Assembly: GCA_028534125.1 (NCBI GenBank)
Contig: CM052817.1
Location: 74,092,001 to 74,156,000 of the forward strand
Reading direction: 5' to 3'
Origin: Lama glama
Lineage: Eukaryota
DNA: 64,000 nt
Part shown: positions 51,026 to 62,339 of the stretch, in pieces
Numbering within the stretch: position 1 is the stretch's first letter
Layout of the letters: every line of letters starts with the position of its first letter
Program-made: the position numbers and the translations under genes
The notes under the pieces: generated by a model
What the model was told of the DNA's origin: nothing
Database searches by the model: none
What the model saw: the letters and a program-made list of their open reading frames with translations, nothing else

Positions 51026-51738
51026 TAAATTAAATGACTATAATTATTAAATTAATAGGAATTTTATGAAGTGTCTGTTTCAAATTTTGGATCAAATACA
51101 TTTGATAAGTTAATTTGCATAATACTGTATGAAGTAAATGCTCTCATACTTGTGGTTAGCACTAGGCAGTTACAGCAGGATGTATGACAATAGGGCTTCA
51201 GCAAATGAACGTCAGAGGAAGAACAGAAGCACCTGACTAACCCAGGAAGCGCAGCGCAGCCCAGGCCCAGCTACTTAACAGCCTGCTCTCCAGTCTTGGC
51301 GAAGTACAGAAAGGATTCATCTCTGTTCTTCAAATGCAACTTAGGAGTTAGATGGGTTTCAGCTGCTTCCTTTAGTTAGACCCATCTACCAGCATCTAAC
51401 TTTAAGATTTCTCCTAATTCTGATTGTAAAATGAAGAGTTCGTTTTTATGGGGATTTCTAAAAAACTGTTTTTAAATAATAGGCTTATTGCCACCCATGA
51501 ATAAAGAAGGCAAATTATCACCTGGAAATTTTCCCTTATTGCTCTTAAATCATGGATTGCCATAAGATGCTCTCTTTGAAACTAAAAAAAGTAGAGAAAA
51601 ATACCTTTCAAGTCATTATGCTGATAATTCTGTGTAGAAATGTGTTCCCCTAAAAGTGAAGGTAAATTTGATCCTCCTCAGTTCAAATGACTATTTTCCA
51701 TTAATTGTTCACAACAACAAATTTCAGATTGCTTGCTG

Positions 51739-52385
51739 CAGTCAATTCTCATTATTTGTGGTAGTTATGTTCTACAAAGTTGCCACAAACATGGAGTCAG
51801 CAAATACTGAACCACTGTTTCTAGGGGAAACACAGGTGGAAGGTTCCTGCAAGCTTCAGGTCACAATGTCTTGGTTAACTAATATACGACCTTGCTTTAT
51901 GCATGTTTTTGTTTAATGATACCCTATTAAATATATATTATTGATTTATTAACAGCGAACTCTTGGCCAACAGCACTATGACTGATGCCTGAAGGCAGCT
52001 TGGTTACAAAGCTTATCTAACATATGTATTTTCTCATATCTTCTCCATAAGGCACATCAGAGCCTTTCTGGGATTAGAAACACTAGACAGCACTTCAGCC
52101 CTCTGCTAGGGGGCCATTTTAAACAGCAAAACCAGGCACTAAATAGATGGTGAGAAAGACAGTTGCTTCGAGTGTGAGAGCCAACACTAGAAGGCAGAGT
52201 GTCACCTGTCAGCCCTCCACTGGGGCTGCCCATGCACAATGGGTGGCTCAAACTTTTTGCTGTTCTGTAGGGGTCTGTGAATGTCCAAGAAAGAGCACAA
52301 GCACCCCAAGTATGGATGGAATTACAAATAAATTTTAGCAAGTAGGTGATTTCGCAAATATAGAATCTGCAAATAATGAGGACTG
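51739..52385. mobile_element. MER82-like TcMar-Tigger element
   Basis: Termini cagtcaattctcattattt / aaataatgaggactg; internal aacactagacagcacttcagc...ggggccattttaaacagc. Confidence 0.85.
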
Positions 52386-53576
52386 GGTTTGTCTCCTTAT
52401 GCAGCTTGAATTGACTGCAGATCTTAACTCTTCTATTATATTTATCTGCTCTTAAGTATTACAATCAAGTGTTATTAATAAACAAAAATGCTTAATTATA
52501 AATGAAGAAATTAAACCTATGTGGTTAACCATTTATAAACTTTTTAATATATTACTTATCATTTGATCAGTCTACTTACATAAGCTTACATTTTCCATAT
52601 ACAGTCTCCCTAAATATATCATTTATGTAAAATCACAAACACTATTAAAAAACTATCTTTGTACAATGACTCTGTGTCAGATACTACATTAGCAAATTAT
52701 ACTGCAGTTTATAACCTACTATAAGATTGGCTTCTACTCAGGAAAGAAAATTTTAAAAAGGGAAAAAGAGTAAGGGATAAAGCCTTGTTAATTTTAAAAG
52801 GCCATCTTTAATATTGATATGAACTATGATTAACACTAAAATGTGAAATATACTTGAAAATGGGCAGTAAAACCAGAAGTCTAGGTGACCTTTCTTCTGG
52901 ATTCTGGCTATGGAAAGGTGCCATCTGAAGAGAGTTTGGTATCTATCACCTTCTCTGATCCTCTCAAAGGACTTATCTTTCCTGCTACAAAGCCTTTGAG
53001 CATTAAAATTACTCATCATTTCATGACATATTTGGGGCTCCCTGACAAAAACAACTCTCTAAAGATGATGCACATGAATAAAAAGAGTAGAAAAGAAAGG
53101 TATTTTATTATATAATGAAAAATGAAGGTAATGCCTTCTTTCTGGTAAAGGTGAATTCCTTTTTTTTTAATTTTTAATTTTTTAAGAGCAGTATCATCTT
53201 AGAAAATAAAATGTTATTTCAGTGTAATTTTGGAAAAGTTACAATTCTTACTAGCTCCTAAACAGAAATACTCTTGAACTAGGTTAAAGGTTTGTCTGAA
53301 CAATCTGAGAACAGAAAAAAGACCAGCTATACCTGGTCTTCTTGCTTCGAGACAGCAGTGACACAAAGCAAAACAACATCTAACAACATCAAGCACAGCT
53401 GGAAGAACATTCCCACCAACCTAAAACATTCTTTATTCCTAGAACTGGACAAAGCAACATCTAAACAGTAAAAAACACTGTAAACCAACAGTACACTGGA
53501 ATTAAAGGACTAATTTTTTGAGCATATTCTTTCTATTACATAATTTATTAAACACAAAAAACAGAGAGAGACGGAG

Positions 53577-54760
53577 AAGATGGCGGAGTAGAAGGACGCT
53601 CGTAAGTCACCCTCTCCCACAAATACACCAAGACCCACATCTACAGACCCACTCAGCCAACCAGAGCACCTGCGGAACTCCGACAGAACATCGCCCTCTT
53701 CAAAAGATAAAGACGCCAAAAATCTGGTAGGAGAAAAGGAAAAAAGAAAGAACAAAAGGCAAAGAAAGCACCGCAGGACGGGTCCCGCGGGGAGGGAGCG
53801 GCAAAGGAGGACTGGCGCTCGCTCACTAGGACTCCCCTCTCCAACTGAGAGGCCAGTGGGACGGAGGGGGAGCCTCCGAGGCTCGGATCTGTACAGAGCA
53901 GCCCTTGTCTGACAGAAGTAAGTTAAACGGGCACAGAGCGTTCCCCCGACACCCAGCCTGAGACGCGGGCCGGTGCGGCGGGCAGGGCCAGGTTGCACAA
54001 GCCGGGCGGAGGACGGGGGCGGCTGCACGGAGGCAGCCCCGGGGAACTGCAAGGGGCTGGGCGCCGTGGCTGTGGGTGTACAGGACAGAACAACCTGGGC
54101 CCTCCATAAAACAGCAAGGTTGATGTGCTCTAGGGGGAAGGGTGCATACCCCCATCTCTGAAAACCCGCGGAAACTTTTCAGGGGAAGAGAGATGGGGCT
54201 CAGGCACAGCCGCCATATTCTCGGGCGCTGAGCACCCAGGCGGGGTCAGGGGCGAAACCTGCATTCGCACTGAAGGGCTTAGCAGCCTCAAGGGCCAGAC
54301 TGAGACAGGCCTACAGCCCGGGGAAGATAGGATCCTTCCATCCTGGTCCCTCAGAGAACTTGCTCCACAAAGACAAACAAGGAGCTGGATCTTGGTTAGG
54401 AGCAGGGACGAGGCTGTCCCTCGGTCTTTCCCGAGCCCAACCGCGGAGCGCCGACTGGGACGGAGCGAGCAGCCGCACAGAGCAGCAGAGCTACCAGCGG
54501 CGCAGGCAGAGGAAGAGCGCCCCCCCCCGCCCCCGCCCGCCTGTCGGGCAGGAACACAGCCCCCGACCAAGGTGCTGGGAGGGGGCACGACCCGCCCTCC
54601 TGCCTGGCCAGTCTGCAACATCTGACTGCGGCATCCGGAGGGGCAGTGACCCGCCCGCCCACAGCAGAGGAGAGCTGCATCTGACCCCGTGTTAGGAGGA
54701 GGCGCGATCTGCTTGCCGACAGGTGCTGGGAGCAGCAAAGAAGAGGGCGCCAACGGAGGA
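53577..54760 (+). promoter_or_regulatory. L1 internal promoter / CpG island with YY1 site AAGATGGCGG (53577-53586) and GC boxes
   Basis: Only CpG-dense stretch in the window; YY1 motif at the canonical position near the L1 5' end; ccccgccc boxes near 54525-54540. Confidence 0.75.
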
Positions 54761-55032
54761 CCTCTGAAAACAACAAGCTGAGCTTCCAAAACAGGATGAA
54801 GACAGGAAGACTTCACATTAAAAGCACACAGACTCCAGGAGAACACCAACAACCCCCTTTTTTTTTTAAATCTGTTTTTACCTGTTCTATTTTCTATTAC
54901 TCTCTTAATTTTTACTTCTTAATTCATTTCTATTTCTCTTGGGTTTTGATGTCCTGTTATTGAATAGACACAGGTTTCAAATACATCTATTCATCTCCCC
55001 ACCCCCTGTTTTTTTAAAGGTTTTAAAAGGAC

Positions 55033-55532
55033 NNNNNNNNNNNNNNNNNNNNNNNNNNNNNNNNNNNNNNNNNNNNNNNNNNNNNNNNNNNNNNNNNNNN
55101 NNNNNNNNNNNNNNNNNNNNNNNNNNNNNNNNNNNNNNNNNNNNNNNNNNNNNNNNNNNNNNNNNNNNNNNNNNNNNNNNNNNNNNNNNNNNNNNNNNNN
55201 NNNNNNNNNNNNNNNNNNNNNNNNNNNNNNNNNNNNNNNNNNNNNNNNNNNNNNNNNNNNNNNNNNNNNNNNNNNNNNNNNNNNNNNNNNNNNNNNNNNN
55301 NNNNNNNNNNNNNNNNNNNNNNNNNNNNNNNNNNNNNNNNNNNNNNNNNNNNNNNNNNNNNNNNNNNNNNNNNNNNNNNNNNNNNNNNNNNNNNNNNNNN
55401 NNNNNNNNNNNNNNNNNNNNNNNNNNNNNNNNNNNNNNNNNNNNNNNNNNNNNNNNNNNNNNNNNNNNNNNNNNNNNNNNNNNNNNNNNNNNNNNNNNNN
55501 NNNNNNNNNNNNNNNNNNNNNNNNNNNNNNNN
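55033..55532. other. Assembly gap (500 N)
   Basis: Run of exactly 500 N. Confidence 1.
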
Positions 55533-56119
55533 TATGATAAATCACAGAGAAAAAAATGTGACAATGAGTGTGTATATGTCCATGAATGAGTGAAAAATTG
55601 TGCTGAACACTGGAATTTGACACAACATTGTAAAATGATTATAAATCAATAAAAAATGTTAAAAAAAGAAACAAACCAAAAAAAAACAAAAAATAAAAAT
55701 GGTTTTCTGAGAAAAAAAAGAATGAAAATAGAGAAATAGTTAATTCAGCAACCAAGTTAATCAAACAGCTTTTATAAAACAATTTTTATGAGATATATTT
55801 GATATATAATAAACTTCACGTATTTAAAGTAAAAAAAAAAAAAAACACACACAAAAAACAATGAGGAAAAAACTGCTAAGTACCAGACTGAACAGAGCTG
55901 CCCACTGAGCTGAGCCTCAGAAAAACTTTTATAAACTGCCCATGTAATTAAATGATCTGAATAAATAAGTTTGTAGCAGGAATTCCTAGAACCTAGGGTA
56001 ATAATTTCTGTTGTGACCCTTTGTGCCACAGTCAATTTTGAAAACCAAAAATGAAGTCAAAATAATTTTAGTATTTTGGTTTTTGAAGGAAATATAGATG
56101 GTCTTAACTAACTAAATGT

Positions 56120-56340
56120 TTGGTCTTTTAAACTTTTTTCAGTAAAAAACGACTCTTAGTAAAAATTACACTGTATATATTACATAAATGAAAATACCGA
56201 CATGAACACAATATAAACAGTACACAAAATGATACCTAACCTTACTACATGTGACACACTCTGATATCTCTATTACATATTTATTTCATTACATTTAGTG
56301 GTCATTATTGGGTCATGATGTACTGTTCAAAAAACACTAG
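56120..56340. mobile_element. hAT-Charlie-like DNA transposon remnant
   Basis: acactctgatatctctattac...gggtcatgatgtactgttcaaaaaacact resembles Charlie ends (gggtcgcgacccgcagtttgaaaaacactg). Confidence 0.5.
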
Positions 56341-57079
56341 ACAACACTATTTGTCATCTCTCTCCCAGTTGGGCTTCAGTGCTACTAGTAGAATTGACTT
56401 AATAGTGAAAAAGAATTTCATCTCTCCTAAAGCTCCTTAGATGACAATATATGTCATATAAATTTTCCCTTGTCAATTAGAGTATGTTCTGAGTAAAAAA
56501 TAGAAAGGATGGAAAAACAGTCTCCATTCTGCCATTTTACTCTGATAGTTCTCAAATCCAATTACCCTCAGGCACACTTACATAAAGGAAATGACGTAAA
56601 ATTTGCAACATTAAAAAAGCTCTTCAGTGAACATTTCAGATATTAACTAAGAAGAGCAATGTAATTTAGCAGCATGATGAATCAGACCCATGTTCTCCAT
56701 AAACCAGACAATTCAGACATAAATTCAACACTTCACCTAGTCTTAGCCTTCCTTCCTATTCACATCTGGTTCTACTACTGTGCTATAAATATCCATTTGT
56801 CAGGTAGCAAAAAAATGAGCACAATTTTCAATGGAGAGAAATGTTTACATGGAGTTGGGATGTGAGGAGATAGAGGACAAAGCATAAATACAGCCTGTTT
56901 TTCACTATTGTAAAATTGCCCTAAAAAACATTATCAATGTATGTTGTGTAATACTTTTGATCAGAGGTTTCACAAACACATACTATGCCACCTTTTATAG
57001 TCTGTTCATTAATTCATTCTCACTAAAATTACTAAATTATTAGATATAGGATATTTAGTCTTATAGTAAAATGACACAC

Positions 57080-57575
57080 ATTTATTCAGTGAGGATTCTT
57101 AGGATTATTAACTAAAATCCGCTCCATCTAGTCTAAGGAACGCATTAAACCAATATCCAGAGCTTCCAGAATTGATGGGAGGACTCAGGACTAAGTTTCC
57201 AGGAAAAAAAAAAAAATCCCTCAAAACCTAGCTCCAGAACTAGCTCGATGAGAAATCAGCTGTCACTGTATCTACCACCATTAATACCAATAATGTACCG
57301 CAACTGCCAGTGCCTCCAGGATAGGACCAGTTCTGCACCCAGAATTAACTGTCACACGGCTGACCCCGCAAGCCAGAGTCCTCTGCTACCACACTTACCA
57401 ACAACATGGAAGGTACACATAACACCTGTTTCATAACATCAACCCCCAATTTAAAGATGGCAAAAGTTTGTCAGATTGGACACACCTAGGTGTCATGCCT
57501 GCATCCTAGCTGCAGGGGAGCTGGGAATTTGATTTTTGACTACTACATTGGTAAGACAGGACTCACAATGTTGTG
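57080..57575 (-). mobile_element. Ancient MaLR-type LTR
   Basis: gattggacacacctaggtgtcatgcctgcatcctagctgcaggggagctgggaa motif typical of old MLT1 LTRs. Confidence 0.5.
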
Positions 57576-60094
57576 TTTCACAACTTTAGAAAGGCTACTC
57601 AAAAGATCATGGGAAATGGCAACTGTCTACCATACGTGTACTTTGTGTAACATATTGTGAACATTAAAAAAAAAAAAAGTCCCAAAATTTTAGACCTGAC
57701 AGAGGCCTTCAAAGTCAACCACAATCCAGCCCCTTTGTTGTACGAATGGAGTCCAGGGGTTGTCTGTTCATTTAAACCAGAGCCACACACAGTTATTCCA
57801 AAGCAGGTGATAAATTTGTATTGGACCATTCAAAAATCTTATCTTCCCCTAGTGCTATTTGTGAGCAGAGAATGGATCAGTTGGAAACATAGAGAATTAC
57901 GCTGAAGGTGATACATTTGATTTTAAACAGTACCAGACTGGTTACAGTTGTTATCTCCAACATCCAACTAACATTCCCCTCACCTGGGAGAATCTGCTGG
58001 CCAATGACTTTGTAGACTTAGAGGGCTCCTGGAACGCTTCTAGTCCCCCTACCCACCAGCATACACAACAAACCAAATGCCTCAGAGGGATGGTCCAGAA
58101 AAAAAAACAAAATGTTAATTGGGTAAATATTGTCTTTGGCATCTATATGCCTGTCATTAAATTGGAACTGGGCTACAGCTTCAGGGAGATGAGATGGGAG
58201 GAGGGTGCGGTGGTGAAACTGTGGTGTCCTGAGGCTGCTTGTAATTAGCAAGAGGATATAAAAAGTCATTTAGAAAAGAGATTTCTATCCACAGTGAGTG
58301 AAGAAACAAGTGTTCTGGATGATGATCATGCTTTCCTCCTATGTTAGTGAAGTTAGGGTGTCATTATAGAGTTTTACTTAATTTGGAAGTTTTAAAGGAA
58401 AATGTAAGAAACAGGACTCCAATGATAGAATTGCAGCATTAAGCCTATTTTTGTTAGTTGAAGCAGTATTATGTACAATTGGGAGGATAGTAAGCATATG
58501 TATTTGTGATCCTTTCTCAGAAGGTTTGGCATAGTAAGTTACAGAATAACTACAATGGTTATCACTTAGTAGCCAATCAAAGCTTCTATGATATAAACAG
58601 GGAGGTTCCTGAGCAAATTGGAAATCTTCCCCAAATCCAAATCTACAAACTTCTTATCAAACTTCTGGTAGCTTCCCTCTCATTCTTGACATTAAGTGTC
58701 CTCATGTTTCTTTCTGGTTCTCAAATCTTTTTCTCTGCTGTCAACTTGAGCTTTAATCCCAAGAGAATGCAAGGTGAGACTTATTTCTAAATAGAGACAG
58801 AACTCTTAGAGCAAAAAAGGAAACAATCTCTCATTCATTGCTCTGTTCTGTGTGTTCGCATGAGTTTTCATGACTCCCTGACTTAGGATTAAAATCTTTC
58901 ATTTATAATAATTTGATCATACATCCATAGGCTCGTCATAAAAGTACAACTTCAAAACATTTCAGAGTATTTCAGTACGAAAACAGTCAACCAAATAACT
59001 CCTTCTCCACCAAAAAAAAAAAAAAAAATCAAAACAGGTACAGAGAGCTCAAAACATTCACATGACTTGCGAGTCATTGCTCTGCCATAATACAATACAT
59101 CATGTAGTCACTAAATGATACCTACCTTGCTAGATCTTGGTTTCAAAGTCTACAGACACTGAAAAACACTTTAAGGAAGAAACAGAGTAAAATCTGAGCA
59201 ATTTTCATGCCCAAATACCTATGTCCTTCTCAGCTTTAACTGGAAAGTGACAAGAGTGGCACAGAATCTCAAAGAATTGAAAAGCATCACAAAGTAACGT
59301 TCAGGGAATATTTCCCTAGGACTGGGAAATAAACTATTCCTAGGCATAAGGTCAATTATATAGTTTTCATAAGGTAGCTCATTTCCTACAACCATCTGCT
59401 CTAAATGAAAGAACTGCTGTTTTCTCACACACACCGAAGTCAGGAAATCTGGCCATAAAACTATAAAGTAAATTCTACTGAATAATGTATTGGGGATTTC
59501 ACAGGCAAATCAGTATGAGCAAAATAAATGCAGTCATTAAAAGGTATCGCATATTACGAGTTGTCATGGGTTATAAGATTATGTATATGGAAAAATACAT
59601 TTTGTAAGTTACCTACTTATTCATTTGTCTATTTCCGCCAGTTTTTTTTTTTTTTGGAGGGGGGTGGTAGTGGTGGGCTAACCAAAATCTAATTCCCATT
59701 GCACATGGGTTTTGGTTATCGCCACTCAAAGCTACATAACCAGAGTTGCCACATTCACTTAGTTACTTATAAAGGCTGCTTTCAAAGGACATCATTCAAA
59801 TAGCCTAACACAGAAAACACTGTCAAATGTGGGGAGAGAATAAAAACGCAACACCGACTGTAACAGGACACCAAGTCCAATACCAGCAGTCACAGCTCCA
59901 AACAATGTCATTTGTAAATCAATTAAAAGCTTCATTCATAGAAATCAGATGCTCATTCAGTTTACCAAACATAATCAAATGACACTTCCAGGGGGAATTA
60001 ATGTCACAGTGTATTTGGTCATTACTGCAATTGTCATTTCCAACAGGATAAACAAAGTAATCCCAGGCCTCCACAGCTATCATTGAGAGAGACA

Positions 60095-60330
60095 GCACAG
60101 AGGTGAGGGGCCTCTGCAGGCAGAAGCCTGGCGTGCAGTCCCAGCTTGGCCAGTTGCTGGGCAACTGTGTGCATGGTGCTCAGTATGTCTTAACTCTTCC
60201 CTTCATTTGTAAAAATGAACATAATAATGTGCCTACCGTGACTCCTATACAATATAACGTACACAGCCCATTCAGTCCCACACCTCACGTGTGTGACATA
60301 CACTCAATAAATTTTTAGCCATTGTTATTT
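60095..60330 (+). mobile_element. MIR SINE
   Basis: ggcctctgcaggcagaagcctggcgtgcagtcccagc...cttcatttgtaaaaatgaacataataatgtgcctacc...cactcaataaatttttagccattgttatt. Confidence 0.75.
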
Positions 60331-61054
60331 CAAGAATCAGGTTCAAAAATTTTACAATCACACGAAGTTGGACAGGGCAAGATACTGTACATGTTTTATT
60401 AGAAATACTTCTGGAGAAAGCCTCTGCTTTTAAAAGCAGGATAAAAAGCACAAACAGAAAGCGTAGTCCAATCTGCAGCAGAGTCCTACAAAGCACAGGA
60501 AACCCTTTGCCAGCCTTGCAGAGTGTTGTCTGAGGTTTCTCTGTTCATCCCTCCCTTCTCCGATGCTCTCTAGTAGTCCATGTTTCCACATGCACATTGT
60601 GGAGAATAGGCAGTTCAAATCGATCGTGGCTATGTCTGCTGCTAGGTGCTGACATTTTTATTCAGGCTTGTTTGACAAGCTAGAGAAAGGATCTACTGTA
60701 AAGAGGGCCTGCAAGTCCTCCGAGGAGAGGACACTACCCGAAAGAAGAGAGATCTGAGTAATTAATAGTGAGTCAGTAATAAAATGGAGAATGCAGCATT
60801 TTCTGTATCTTTTTGATGGGGAGAGACAAGTTAGCAAGTAAAATCCATAATTCTAATGAGGAGAGGAAATAAACAGCAACGTCTAGTGCGACAGGACAGG
60901 AAGCTGAGTACCGGCAGTCATTGCTCTAAGTAGTTCCATTCGTCAGTCAGTCAGAAGCTGCACTCACAGAAATGAGATACTCACGTAGTGTCTGCTTCCC
61001 GCAAAACCCCACAGGACACTGAGGTACCACGGATACCGTACTGCTTTGTTTCCA

Positions 61055-61160
61055 TGTATTAATTTAACAAATGTTTCTTGAGCACCAATTTGTGCCAGGA
61101 AACTTTCTAGGTATTGAGGAATCGACAGTAAACAGTCTCTGGCCTCACTTGCACCAATCT
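61055..61160 (-). mobile_element. L2 3' end
   Basis: atttaacaaatgtttcttgagcaccaatttgtgccagg...ctaggtattgagga. Confidence 0.7.
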
Positions 61161-61779
61161 GGGAAGGCGGCCAAGGCACTCTCCCCACATCTGCCCAGAA
61201 CAGAGTGTTGCATTAAGGACTGGAAAGTACAGGATCTTTAGAAGCTTAGAAGTCCAGACTCTCTTCTACCTAACACACACACATGTACCTGGTCCTGTAA
61301 TTGGCCTCATATGATGGTGCTCAGTGTCGGGCCCTGAAAAATCAGAGCCAAGAGAGAAACGGGATCGAAGTTTATTGACAAATGTGAGGGGTTCACAATC
61401 ACTTGGCGATGGTGGGACAAGCAAATATTTATATAAAGATACAATTGATAGTTTACAAAGTAAGAGAAAGCATCTTTTCACATTTGACTTGTTGAGAAAG
61501 AACTAATCAATATCAAGGTCTTTCCTGTGATAACCACTCATACTTCCTCTTGGTGAAAACGGGTGTCCACACATGAGTAAATCTAAGCCCAAACATTTCT
61601 GAATGTAGACTGGATTCTAAATCTAACTTAGGAGGTATAAATAGTGTTGTAACGATTTATTAGTCATTGTTAACAACACAAGAGAAGGTAAGGGCCCTTC
61701 AAACTCTGAAATCTCATGAGTTAGGTGGGGAATGGTACCACAAATAATGGTGGTGTGATAGGCCTGTGATAGGCCCTTC

Positions 61780-61950
61780 ACTTATAGAATTTCTAATCCT
61801 CACAGCAAGGTAAGGTAATCATATTTTCAATTTTACAGATTTGGCTTTCAGAAAAAAGAAAGGAAAAGGAATTTTTTTCTGCAAACATAGGCTGTAGAAT
61901 GGAAGATCCAGGATTCAAATACTGGTGGGTTGTACGGGAAAGCCAGTACT
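61780..61950 (-). mobile_element. MIR fragment
   Basis: taatcctcacagc...caattttacagat...ccaggattcaaat. Confidence 0.55.
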
Positions 61951-62339
61951 TTCAAACCAGTCTTCAAAAATGTGTTAATATGTTAAATATCTGTCTTTAA
62001 CCAATCCTTCAAGGAAAACAGTGAGTATAATATGAATAAGGGAGTGGAGAGATGAGAAAATAAATGTACCCTGCTGATACTTTCTAGTCAGTACCTTTGT
62101 GGTTTTTACGGGAAATAAGCATTTATGGCTTATCTGTCAAGTTCGCAGCTTATCTGTAAAGACTACAGAGGGCCAAGCAGAAAGGTATGTCTTTACCAAA
62201 CATGATGGAATGTTGGACTGATACTCTGCTGACAGAGAGCCACACAGTCATGTCTGTTAAGGTTGGCACTGACCTAACTGGTTGGTTGGTACTCAGGCCA
62301 TACTAGTTGTTAAATGTTTGAAGTACCATTCTTAGCTGC

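Larger units (their letters stand above)
53564..55681 (+). mobile_element. Young, apparently full-length L1: CpG-rich 5' UTR, 500-N gap over the ORFs, 3' end and A-rich tail
   Basis: Starts gagagagacggagaagatggcggagtagaag (L1 5' end with YY1 motif); GC-rich to about 54760, then a T-rich pre-ORF1 stretch; 55533-55660 nearly identical to the 3' end at 10654-10788; weak TSD aaacacaaaaaaca (53550-53563) vs aaaaacaaaaaata (55682-55695). Confidence 0.85.

Noticed and set aside
53570..54760. CpG island as the promoter of a host gene
   Set aside because: Begins with an L1-type 5' end and leads, across the gap, to an L1 3' end; it is a retroelement UTR
54939..55623. Long ORFs spanning the second gap
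   Set aside because: Artefacts of N translation
61754..61775. 11-bp direct repeat tgtgataggcc x2
   Set aside because: Simple slippage duplication with nothing inserted between the copies
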